DNA of 64,000 bases from a virus (Duplodnaviria; Heunggongvirae; Uroviricota; Caudoviricetes), in the IMG/VR virus record IMGVR_UViG_3300031344_000001. One strand, given 5' to 3'. Within the stretch, counting starts at the first letter, position 1. Every line of letters begins with the position of its first letter. The notes beneath the pieces are model-generated. The model ran no database searches, was not told where the DNA came from, and saw only the letters and a list, made by a program, of their open reading frames with translations. Positions 18,455 through 26,552 of this stretch are shown piece by piece. Both the position numbers and the translations under genes were made by a program.

Positions 18455-18730
18455 GTGGGGCAGGACGCGCTCGTCGCGCTCGTCGCTGCCAAGGCGCGGC
18501 TGCGCACGCACGACATCGAAGGCGCCCCGTTCGCCATCGGGCTCCGAGTCACCGTCGTCGCGGCGTCCGACGAGACGGCCAAGCCCGAGTTCATGGGGCG
18601 GTCCGGCGTGATCGAGCACTACGAGTACGACTGCGGCTGCGAGCAGACCTTCCCAGAAGATCCGATGATCGGTGTCCGCTTCGATGACGGCCAGCTCGAA
18701 GAGTTCTGGCCCGAGGAACTTGCGGCCTGA
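18455..18730 (+). CDS. carS: CarS-like antirepressor (SH3 fold)
   Basis: HDIEGAPFAIGLRVTVV..FMGRSGVI..FPEDPMIGV..FWPEEL is colinear with recalled Myxococcus CarS (HDVDGAPVRIGAKVKVV..FLGQTGIV..YPDDPLIQV..FFPEEL). Confidence 0.75.
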   Translation: MGQDALVALVAAKARLRTHDIEGAPFAIGLRVTVVAASDETAKPEFMGRSGVIEHYEYDCGCEQTFPEDPMIGVRFDDGQLEEFWPEELAA

Positions 18731-18818
18731 TAGTCCAGAATTTTGCGGGCCTTCTGAGGAGTGCTGAGGAGCGCTGAGAAGGCCAAGATCAGACCTTCCG
18801 CCCCGGCGGCGTCTTGGG

Positions 18819-19152
18819 CATGCTTATCCGGTTAACACCCCTACTGCGAGGACAATGCCATGAGTGATCCACAGGGAACGTTTGCTTGGCTCGTTGTGGT
18901 GCGTGATGGGACCGGCACGGTTTCCGATTCGGAGGACTGGCCGGCCGGCTCACCGCTTTATCAGTGCGCAGGTGGTTGGACTCACGACGTTCTCAAGGCG
19001 CTGCGATACGCGCGATCTGAGGACGCCTTAGCCGTTGCCATCAACCGCAACAACGGCTGGCCGTGGGGCGCCCGAGCAATCATCGAGGAGCACGGTTTCG
19101 CTCCGCTAACAACTCCGGTCATCCTGTGAGGGGTGAAAACCGGATAGGCATG
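18819..19152. mobile_element. Mini gene cassette 1 (MITE/MIC-like): 23-bp TIRs, 8-bp TSD
   Basis: CATGCTTATCCGGTTAACACCCC (18819-18841) and inverted GGGGTGAAAACCGGATAGGCATG (19130-19152); GTCTTGGG direct repeat at 18811-18818 and 19153-19160. Confidence 0.85.
18860..19129 (+). CDS. Cargo ORF of cassette 1 (89 aa)
   Basis: GAGGA RBS; stop abuts the right TIR. Confidence 0.65.
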   Translation: MSDPQGTFAWLVVVRDGTGTVSDSEDWPAGSPLYQCAGGWTHDVLKALRYARSEDALAVAINRNNGWPWGARAIIEEHGFAPLTTPVIL

Positions 19153-19181
19153 GTCTTGGGTGAGACTCGCGAGAGGAGAAC

Positions 19182-19694
19182 GTGATGGCCAACGGCAAGA
19201 AGAGCGGCGCGCAACTCGACCGTGAGGTCAATGACATCTTGGCGGCGCGCCAGAAGCGCGAGGCTCGCGGACAAGCGCCCAAGGCCAAGCCGCAGTCGTC
19301 CGGCATCCCTAGCCAGGCGGACTACGAGCGCCGCGAGCTGGACGAGGCCAACCGGAAGCTCCGCGAGGTCGAGAAGGCACCGCTCGCCGACCGCAAGGAG
19401 GCCGCCGACGAGTTCTTCGAGGCGATGCGCGACGACCCGGCGTTGGTCGCAGAGCGCCTCCGGTGGCTCCTGGACGGCAACTACGGCTACGGGTCGATGC
19501 TGATGGCCAAGCGCATCCTGAAGAGTCCGCGCATGAACCGCAGCGCGGCGCTCACGCACATGATCGCAGCCTTCGAGTGGTCTGCGCCGGGACCGCTGGT
19601 GATGGCGGCCTGGAAGAAGCTGACGAAGGGGCAGCAGGCCGCGCTGGAGAAGGTGGTGCAGGCCGAGATCCGCAGCGCGGAGCGCGAGGAATAG
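19182..19694 (+). CDS. Hypothetical protein with N-terminal KKSGAQLDREV motif
   Basis: ORF track; GAGAGGAG RBS; ATG 19185 is an alternative start. Confidence 0.7.
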   Translation: MMANGKKSGAQLDREVNDILAARQKREARGQAPKAKPQSSGIPSQADYERRELDEANRKLREVEKAPLADRKEAADEFFEAMRDDPALVAERLRWLLDGNYGYGSMLMAKRILKSPRMNRSAALTHMIAAFEWSAPGPLVMAAWKKLTKGQQAALEKVVQAEIRSAEREE

Positions 19695-19698
19695 AGAC

Positions 19699-20199
19699 GT
19701 GGCGCGCTCGGGGCCGAAGAAGAAGACGGCCAAGCAGCTCGACCGCGAGGTCGCGGCTGTGCTGGCGAAGGGCAACGGCAACGGCGGCGGCATGGAGCGC
19801 GCGACGCGCGATCGGGTCCACGAGCCGCTCGTCGGCGAGCGCGTCGCACGTCGCACTCCGGTCGAGGTCACGCTGCTCGCCGATGTCGGTCCCGAGCCCT
19901 GGGAGTTGGTCTTCACCGCGGGCAAGAACTTCGGCGGGGCTCGAGCGGGCCGGATCCTGATCGTGCTTCCTGGTAGTGGACCGACCGATCCGTTGGCAGG
20001 ACTCGCCTACGCCGTCGAGCACGGGCGCGCCTACGTCCACCACGTGTGGGTCGACCCCGAGGCGCGCGGGCGCGGGCTGTCTCAGGTCTTGTTCGACGCT
20101 TACCGATCGGAGGTCACGCCCGAGCTGGTCGTGGTCGGTCCGTTCACGAAGGCTGGACGGGCGGCGGCGGAGCGCGCGGGCGCGATGATCGAGGAGTAG
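19699..20199 (+). CDS. GNAT-like acetyltransferase with KKTAKQLDREV leader
   Basis: AYVHHVWVDPEARGRGLSQVLFDAY resembles GNAT motif A. Confidence 0.6.
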   Translation: MARSGPKKKTAKQLDREVAAVLAKGNGNGGGMERATRDRVHEPLVGERVARRTPVEVTLLADVGPEPWELVFTAGKNFGGARAGRILIVLPGSGPTDPLAGLAYAVEHGRAYVHHVWVDPEARGRGLSQVLFDAYRSEVTPELVVVGPFTKAGRAAAERAGAMIEE

Positions 20200-20200
20200 C

Positions 20201-20944
20201 TCAGGCGCTATTCAGCGCGGGGCTATCGCTGACGTCGTTGTCGTCGTCGGCATCATCGACGTCAGCGTTGATCGCGTCCTCGTCGAGCTCCTGGGGGTCC
20301 GGTGGAGCGCTGGTCTTGGCGTCCTTGCGCGCGAGCTGCTCCTGGGCCTGGGCCTGAACCTGCGCCTTTTTGGTCGCGATCGCCTTCTGCACGACGCCGG
20401 GCTTGGGCGCGATCAGCATCGTCATGCGCCGCCCGTCGAGGTTCGGCGCGGCCTCCACCGCGGAGAGGTCCTTGCAGCGTTCCACCACGCGGTCGAGGAC
20501 GCTCTTGCCCACTTGGGGGTGCGCCATCTCGCGACCGCGGAACACGACGACGAGCCGGACCTTGTTGCCCTCTTCGAGGAAGCGCCGGACGTGCTTGACC
20601 TTGAAGTCCATGTCGTGGCCCTCGGTCTTCGGCCGGAACTTGATCTCCTTCGTCTCGAAGGTCGTCGTGTTCTTGCGCTGCTGCTGCTTCTTCTTCGCCT
20701 CCTCGAACTTGAACTTGCCGTGGTCCATGATCCGGCACACTGGGGGCAGCGCGGTCGGCGAGATCTCGACGAGGTCGAGGCCCTTGTCTTCGGCGAGGCG
20801 CAGCGCCTGGTGCGTCGGCATGACGCCGAGCTGCTCACCCTCGTGGATGACGCGCACTTCGGTGGCGCGGATGCGGTGGTTGACGCGGTGCCCGGTCTGG
20901 GGGCGGCGGCGGTCGAAGCGGCCGGAGTTGGGGCGGCCGTTCAT
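20201..20944 (-). CDS. infC: Translation initiation factor IF-3 with C-terminal extension
   Basis: RVNHRIRATEVRVI, LDLVEISP..PPVCRIMDHGKFKFE, KEIKFRPK..HD..FK.KH.RRFLEEGNKVR. Confidence 0.95.
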   Translation of the reverse strand: MNGRPNSGRFDRRRPQTGHRVNHRIRATEVRVIHEGEQLGVMPTHQALRLAEDKGLDLVEISPTALPPVCRIMDHGKFKFEEAKKKQQQRKNTTTFETKEIKFRPKTEGHDMDFKVKHVRRFLEEGNKVRLVVVFRGREMAHPQVGKSVLDRVVERCKDLSAVEAAPNLDGRRMTMLIAPKPGVVQKAIATKKAQVQAQAQEQLARKDAKTSAPPDPQELDEDAINADVDDADDDNDVSDSPALNSA

Positions 20945-21031
20945 GAGTGCTTCATGCGCTGTGTGGTCCTCAAGCCGCGTTTGTACTTCAGGTCGCAGCC
21001 GTCAGCAATTCTGACGGTAGACTCGACGGGC

Positions 21032-21361
21032 ATGTTGAAGTCGAAGTCCGCCGTCCAGTTGAACCGTGAGATCGCTGAAGCACTATCTCGCGAGAAAGCC
21101 CACCGCGTGACCGGTATTGACACGACGACGACGGTGGACCGTGAGTTCCGCGCTCGTCCACGCGACGCGCTGACGTTGGCAGAGAAGGCGCGTCAGGCAC
21201 GCGGGGCCGCAGCGCGCTGGACCAAACGATCGGGGGCCTACGCACGCGAGGGCCAGTTCAGGGAGGCCGACGACGCTCAGACCGAGGCGATCGCGCTCGG
21301 GCAGATGGCCGCAGACCTTGAGGAAGAGGTCGCGCAGATCAGGGCGCGCGCGCGGCGTTGA
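21032..21361 (+). CDS. Hypothetical protein with KSKSAVQLNREIAEAL leader (109 aa)
   Basis: ATG at 21032 within frame 20513..21361. Confidence 0.65.
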   Translation: MLKSKSAVQLNREIAEALSREKAHRVTGIDTTTTVDREFRARPRDALTLAEKARQARGAAARWTKRSGAYAREGQFREADDAQTEAIALGQMAADLEEEVAQIRARARR

Positions 21362-21398
21362 TGTTGCCCGTAGGTACACGACGTGTACGATCCGCTGG

Positions 21399-21659
21399 AT
21401 GTTGGAGCCTCTGGAGCCGCGCTGGTACTACGTGCACGTCGACTTCGGCCCGGGGATCGCGCCGTGGCTCGTCGCCATCGAGGCGACCTCCCCCGAGGAA
21501 GCACGATCGCACCTCGCGCGTGACCTCGCCGCCAAGGGCGCCGCTGCCACGATCGTAGAGGTCGGGCTCCTCGCGGATCTGCCCGGCTCCGACGACGGCT
21601 CCGACGATGAAGCCAATGCGGATGCGGACGCCGTCGACCAAGGGACCGTGCACCCGTGA
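21399..21659 (+). CDS. Hypothetical protein (86 aa), acidic tail
   Basis: ATG 21399; stop overlaps the next start. Confidence 0.5.
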   Translation: MLEPLEPRWYYVHVDFGPGIAPWLVAIEATSPEEARSHLARDLAAKGAAATIVEVGLLADLPGSDDGSDDEANADADAVDQGTVHP

Positions 21660-22084
21660 AGACGGCACGCCAACTCGATCATGAGGTGGCCGACCACCAG
21701 GCGCGCGATCGGTTGAGGCTCCGGGTGCAGAGGATCGTCGACAAGTGGCAGCCGATCCTGGGCGTGCGCTTGAACGAGTTCCGCGTGAAGAAGATGCGTG
21801 CGTTCGCGTCGCTCAATGTGCGCGACGGCAGGCTGTGGGTCAGCCAGTCGTGCGTGGGTATGCCCCGGGCGGACCTCGAGTACGTGGTCGTGCACGAGCT
21901 CGTGCACTTGTACGTGGGTGACCGCGCGAGGGCCGCGGGCTGTGACCCGGAGGCCGGATCTGGGCACGACGCGCGCTTCTACGCGACGTTGGACCACTAC
22001 CTGCCGACCTGGCGTCGTCGTCACGCGCAGTTGCGCAGTGGCGACGGCGTGGTCGCCCGCGGGCTGCCTGGCATGGGACACTGA
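21656..22084 (+). CDS. YgjP/DUF45-like (M48-related) zinc metallopeptidase domain protein
   Basis: LEYVVVHELVHL..HDARFY..LD.YLPTWR; starts with KTARQLDHEV. Confidence 0.75.
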   Translation: MKTARQLDHEVADHQARDRLRLRVQRIVDKWQPILGVRLNEFRVKKMRAFASLNVRDGRLWVSQSCVGMPRADLEYVVVHELVHLYVGDRARAAGCDPEAGSGHDARFYATLDHYLPTWRRRHAQLRSGDGVVARGLPGMGH

Positions 22085-22115
22085 TCGTGCCTTAGCGCGA
22101 AGGACGCGGTGAACG

Positions 22116-22574
22116 ATGACGGCGCGCACCAAGATCCCGCTACAGGTTGTCGTGAGGGCCCTCTGTGAGGTGCTCACCGATCTTCCGCCCGACGATCAGG
22201 AGCGTGCTCTCGAAGCTGTGCGTGTCACCCTTGGGTTAGACGCTCCCGTCGTGACCGTGTGGGATTCAGAGGCTGCGTCTCTCGCGTCGCGATCGCGGGC
22301 TTCTGAACCGGATCCTGTGCCGCGTGTGCTGTGGGAGACTTCTCTCTTTCAGGAGCCAGCAGCGCGGAGGGCGCTGCCGACCGTGGTGGTGCAGATGATG
22401 GGTGATCGTCCGAGGGTGGTGGGTCAGCAGGTGGGTCGACCTTGCACGATCGTCCTGGTCGGCATGCAGCACGACCAACGTCGGCGACTGTCGGCGCCGC
22501 GTGCTTCTGCCGCTGCACCCCCAGCACAGTCACCAGGATCCCGGCGCGGCGGTTACGTGCGATCGATCCGCTAG
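22116..22574 (+). CDS. Hypothetical protein (152 aa)
   Basis: ORF track. Confidence 0.5.
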   Translation: MTARTKIPLQVVVRALCEVLTDLPPDDQERALEAVRVTLGLDAPVVTVWDSEAASLASRSRASEPDPVPRVLWETSLFQEPAARRALPTVVVQMMGDRPRVVGQQVGRPCTIVLVGMQHDQRRRLSAPRASAAAPPAQSPGSRRGGYVRSIR

Positions 22575-22634
22575 TGGATGCCCCCGTGGGTCAGAAACTC
22601 GCGTGGGCACCGTCGGTGATCTTACGATCGGGGG

Positions 22635-23336
22635 ATGCGCTTCTTCGTCTTCATGACCTGCGCGCTCCTCCTCGCGCTCGAGACGCCGGCGGCCGCGCAG
22701 GCCGTCCCGCTGCCGCGGTTGGACGGCATCGACTTCTTTGGATCTGTGGGGGACCTCGAGAGTCGCGCGATCGCCCCGGCTCACCGCGTCGGGCCCTTCA
22801 GCACGTTCGGCTGGGGCTTCGAGACGACGTTCACCGTGGTGGCCAAGGACGATTACCTCGTCGAGATCGGCGTCAGCTACGCGCAGGTGTTCGAGCGCGG
22901 CACGCTGGGGGGCTACGTGTTCACCGGCGAGTTGCGCGACCTGCCCGGCAGCACCGTCTACGTCACCTTCCACGACGGGCTGTACCTCGGGATCGGCACG
23001 GGGATGACGTCCCTGGCGCACGCTTCGGTCGACAACGGGACGTCCCGGTACGCGGTCAGCGGGGACACCATCGACCTGTCCGGGGTCGTCGGCTTCGCGA
23101 CCACCCTCCTCGGGCGAGACGCGGCGGACCGGCGGGTCAACGGCTTCGTCGAGGTCGCCTACCACGCGCGGTACTTCGGCGGCCTCGACTGGGGCATGGG
23201 GGCGCCGGCGACGTTGCCGACCAGCGCGTACCTGGGAGGGGGGACGGTGAGCATCGGCGTGCAGCTCGCGATCGGTGCGAAGGCTGCGATCGCGGCGGAC
23301 CCGGTGGCAGCAGCCGCCTCCGCGGCGGCGAAGTAG
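22635..23336 (+). CDS. Secreted, probable outer-membrane beta-barrel protein
   Basis: Signal peptide ending AAA-QA; alternating aromatic/Gly beta-strands (FGWGFETTF, YLVEIGVSYAQ, FVEVAYHARYF, SIGVQLAIG). Confidence 0.55.
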   Translation: MRFFVFMTCALLLALETPAAAQAVPLPRLDGIDFFGSVGDLESRAIAPAHRVGPFSTFGWGFETTFTVVAKDDYLVEIGVSYAQVFERGTLGGYVFTGELRDLPGSTVYVTFHDGLYLGIGTGMTSLAHASVDNGTSRYAVSGDTIDLSGVVGFATTLLGRDAADRRVNGFVEVAYHARYFGGLDWGMGAPATLPTSAYLGGGTVSIGVQLAIGAKAAIAADPVAAAASAAAK

Positions 23337-23337
23337 C

Positions 23338-23526
23338 TCACGGCTTGACGTTGCCGACGTGCACGCACTGCTTGAACGCGCACGTCCAGTCGCCGTAGGC
23401 GCATTGGTGGTACGCGAGGCCGGTGCTGATGACCGTGACGGCCATGGCCAGCGAGAGCAGGAGGTCGCGGCGGAGGCTCTTCTTCATTTGCGCAGGGGTA
23501 CCACGCACGGCACGCATTGAAGACAT
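23338..23526 (-). CDS. Small single-TM protein
   Basis: LLLSLAMAVTVISTGLAY hydrophobic stretch; start may be ATG 23487. Confidence 0.5.
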   Translation of the reverse strand: MSSMRAVRGTPAQMKKSLRRDLLLSLAMAVTVISTGLAYHQCAYGDWTCAFKQCVHVGNVKP

Positions 23527-23637
23527 CTAGGACGGCGTCGCTGCTATGATGGGGGAAGCTCGTCTGCCAAGCGTAGAAGGAGTTCCGGAGCCGTCGTGCT
23601 GGCGGCTCCAGCTATTTTCGGCCCCTATCCGCAGGGC

Positions 23638-24399
23638 TTATCGTCGAGGAAGTGGAGCACCCGCCTCGCGGGCATCACGTGTGATCGCACGGCCGACAGC
23701 GTTCGCGATCTTGACGTCATAGCTGAAGCCGCGAGGCGGATCGATCTTCACACCCTCGTCGAACCAGCCCACGCCTTCACCTTGCGCTTGCATTGCGCCC
23801 TTGTAGCCAGCTTTCTCTGCGGAGAACGTCGCGAAGATCTCCGCCAACTGATCGTCGGTGAGGGAATCACGGACCTGCTTCGTGAACTTCTTCGCGACAG
23901 CGCGAACGGCCGGCGGCGGATCACCCAGCACACGATCCCAGTGACCCCCGGGTCCCGGAGACAGCGCGCGGTACGCAGCCATGAAGGCGGCTTCCTTGCG
24001 TGCATCTCCAGCTTCTCGCGCGTCCTCGGCGAGATTCTCGACCTCGGAGATGTACGGGCTCGCCCAGAAAGCGAACGCGGCCCCTTTGGTGAAAGCTTCC
24101 CAGTCGTAGTCTTTTTTCGTCGCGTGTTCGTGACGCGGTGTTGCGTGCACACGTTTCGGAGCACTCCTCGCCGAGGAGGACTTGGGTTGCACCGTGTCGA
24201 TCGTGACCCACGCTCCGGACGGGAAGCGCTCCTGGATCTCCATCGGACTGCTCACGGCACTGGTCCAGTATGCGGCGGAGGCACGGGCGTCTTTGAGCGT
24301 CTCGTCGTGAGAAGCCACGCGGCGCGTGCTCGGCTGGAGAACGCGAAAGCTGCCGGTCGGCTTGGCCCTGCTGAATCGCGCGCCGCTGCTGTAGCTCAT
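23638..24399 (-). CDS. Hypothetical protein (253 aa) containing HATP/HATKK motif
   Basis: ORF track. Confidence 0.65.
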   Translation of the reverse strand: MSYSSGARFSRAKPTGSFRVLQPSTRRVASHDETLKDARASAAYWTSAVSSPMEIQERFPSGAWVTIDTVQPKSSSARSAPKRVHATPRHEHATKKDYDWEAFTKGAAFAFWASPYISEVENLAEDAREAGDARKEAAFMAAYRALSPGPGGHWDRVLGDPPPAVRAVAKKFTKQVRDSLTDDQLAEIFATFSAEKAGYKGAMQAQGEGVGWFDEGVKIDPPRGFSYDVKIANAVGRAITRDAREAGAPLPRR

Positions 24400-24451
24400 G
24401 GACCGACAGTAGCAAAACAGCGTCGACTCCGCCTGTTTGTTGCCTTGGGGA

Positions 24452-24748
24452 TCAGGCTCTGCGCTCTCCCCACACCGTGCGGAAGCCCTCGAAGCGACCT
24501 GGTGCTCCGCCGCTGTGGATCGGCTTGGCGAGGCGCCGCAGGAAGCGCTCGTCGTCCTTGCTCTGCCTGTCGGCGCGCACGAACACCTCGCGGTCGTCTT
24601 GCAGGCGGACGATGAATTGAACGCAGGAGCTGCCCCAGCAGTAGAGCTTGCCGAGCTGGGCGACGTCGGCCTGCTCGAACGTGACTGCGGCGCCGCCGGG
24701 CCAGGGGCAGCCGGTGTTCGAGAGGGCCTTCTCGACGCCGCTCATCAT
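24452..24748 (-). CDS. Hypothetical protein (98 aa)
   Basis: ATG 24748 coupled to the upstream stop. Confidence 0.5.
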   Translation of the reverse strand: MMSGVEKALSNTGCPWPGGAAVTFEQADVAQLGKLYCWGSSCVQFIVRLQDDREVFVRADRQSKDDERFLRRLAKPIHSGGAPGRFEGFRTVWGERRA

Positions 24749-25164
24749 CGGCGCACCGAGGTGTGGGCCGGTCGACCCGACGCTTCCCAGAAGAGGACGT
24801 CCTCCTTCTCTCTCTCGGCCTCTTCCGCGCCCCACGAGTCCATCAGCTCGCGGAGCGTGTCGCGGTCGGGCACCTCGTCCCACAGGGCCAGGTTGATCGA
24901 CCCGCGCGCTTCGACGCGCTGAGCGAAGCGCTCTGCCTGCCCGCGCGCCTGGTGGTTCGGGCAGAAGAACCCCTCGTCGCAGCGGACGGCTCCCTCGATG
25001 CGGTGGCCGCGCAGCACGTAGCGCTTGCCGTCAGTGCCGCGTACCTCGAACGACCAGTCGTAGCAGTAGCCGACGGAGTCCTCGAACTGCACCGCGTAGA
25101 GCGGCCCCTCGACGGCCGAGCAGGACTGGATGGCGATCCGCGGCGCTTTGTTGTTCGTCGTCAT
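24745..25164 (-). CDS. Hypothetical protein (139 aa)
   Basis: ATG 25164. Confidence 0.6.
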   Translation of the reverse strand: MTTNNKAPRIAIQSCSAVEGPLYAVQFEDSVGYCYDWSFEVRGTDGKRYVLRGHRIEGAVRCDEGFFCPNHQARGQAERFAQRVEARGSINLALWDEVPDRDTLRELMDSWGAEEAEREKEDVLFWEASGRPAHTSVRR

Positions 25165-25262
25165 GCCACGTCGTAAGTGCAGCGGCTGTTCCACGACCTG
25201 ACACGTCCTACGAGGAGACGACCTAGGTCTCTCGCGATGCGTCAAGCTTGCGGAGGGTCGTC

Positions 25263-25346
25263 CCTGGGTGACGGGGCACCCGTGTCTCGAGAACGCCGCA
25301 GCGCTGCGAACCGTGAACGGCGGGCACGGGTAGGTGATCACCCGAG
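25263..25346. promoter_or_regulatory. Paired GGGT-N8-ACCC operator-like sites
   Basis: GGGT at 25266 and 25328; divergent intergenic region. Confidence 0.55.
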
Positions 25347-25428
25347 CTCTCGCGTACCGCTGTTCTGGGACTTTGCCTGCACTCACTTTGCTGTCAGGAT
25401 GGCGCGGCGGTTGCTCTTGGAACGAGTC

Positions 25429-25938
25429 ATGGCGCAGACGAAGAAGCAGCGACACTCGAAGGAGCAGAAGCTGCTCGACGCGGTGACCCACGCGGCCTCG
25501 TGTCTCAAGGAGGCGGGAGAGCCTCTCCACGGTCTGGGCCCGAGCGCCCGCTACGCCTCAGCGTTCGACCTCTACGGGCATGCGCTGAGGGACCTCCTCG
25601 CCCATGAGTGCCCGCTTCACGTCGCCGACTGGAGTTGGGATGGCTACGAGGGCAACTTCCACTTCTACTGGGAGTTCGGGACGCAACTCGCGCAGCCCGG
25701 CGCGGCGTACGAGCACGACACACGCTTCACGGCGATGCGCAGCGCAGCGCGCCTCGACCCTGCGAAGCCCCTGCTCGAAGAGCTGGCGCGCCTGCGCGCC
25801 GAGGCGTCCCACTACGAGGAGCTGCGCAACGCGGTGGTGCGCTGGGCCAGCGACGCGCGTGTGACCGCGCGGGTCGCGGCGCGCGCAAGGCAGTCCCTCG
25901 CGACGACGCCGGCCCCGGCCGAGGAGTGCGCGTCGTGA
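25429..25938 (+). CDS. Hypothetical protein (169 aa)
   Basis: ATG 25429. Confidence 0.6.
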   Translation: MAQTKKQRHSKEQKLLDAVTHAASCLKEAGEPLHGLGPSARYASAFDLYGHALRDLLAHECPLHVADWSWDGYEGNFHFYWEFGTQLAQPGAAYEHDTRFTAMRSAARLDPAKPLLEELARLRAEASHYEELRNAVVRWASDARVTARVAARARQSLATTPAPAEECAS

Positions 25939-26123
25939 GTCGCCGGGTCATCCTGGAATGGTGCGAGGTCGGTCAGCGCTTCGGGTGCCAAGGGCTCGTG
26001 CTGGATGCACGCACGCGCCGGGTGCTTCATCGGACGCGGGTCCGTCCGTACGGGATGCCGTCGACCGTGCTCGGTGACGCGGGGGCGCACGCGGCGGCAA
26101 AGGACTGGGCGGTGCTCCCATGA
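25935..26123 (+). CDS. Hypothetical protein (62 aa)
   Basis: GTG 25935; coupled at both ends. Confidence 0.5.
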   Translation: MSRRVILEWCEVGQRFGCQGLVLDARTRRVLHRTRVRPYGMPSTVLGDAGAHAAAKDWAVLP

Positions 26124-26455
26124 GGGACCTTCCCAAGCCCAAGCTCAAGAAGCTCGCGAAGACGCTCGACGACATGCTGGGCGCGTTCGACGAGGAGATC
26201 CACAAGCTCGCCGAGCAGGCGCGCTCCGAGATTCTGCCGTACTTTAAGGCGCACGACTACGACTACGCGGCGGGTAACGGCCAGTGGTTCATCTCCAAGC
26301 CGTCCTCCGTCGGCGCTCCCTACTACAGGGAGGACGACTACGTCGCGCACGACGACCTGCCCGCGAACATCCGCGAGTTGCTCATGCTCGATGTCGGGCT
26401 GACGAACGCCTGCCTCGGGTACTACATCCGGGACATCAAGCGGGGAGAGTGGTAG
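26120..26455 (+). CDS. Hypothetical protein (111 aa)
   Basis: ORF track. Confidence 0.65.
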   Translation: MRDLPKPKLKKLAKTLDDMLGAFDEEIHKLAEQARSEILPYFKAHDYDYAAGNGQWFISKPSSVGAPYYREDDYVAHDDLPANIRELLMLDVGLTNACLGYYIRDIKRGEW

Positions 26456-26552
26456 TGGCCCTCGCTCCGCTGGCAGCGCCCTGCACGACGCGCGAGGATG
26501 AAGGCACCCTCGGCGGCGAAGGACCCCAGTGCCTCGACAGCGAGACGATGCC

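Noticed and set aside
18746-18785. GGCCTTCT..AGAAGGCC inverted repeat with CTGAGGAG tandem units
   Set aside because: Single occurrence with no U-tract or other support; cannot be assigned as a terminator or recombination site.
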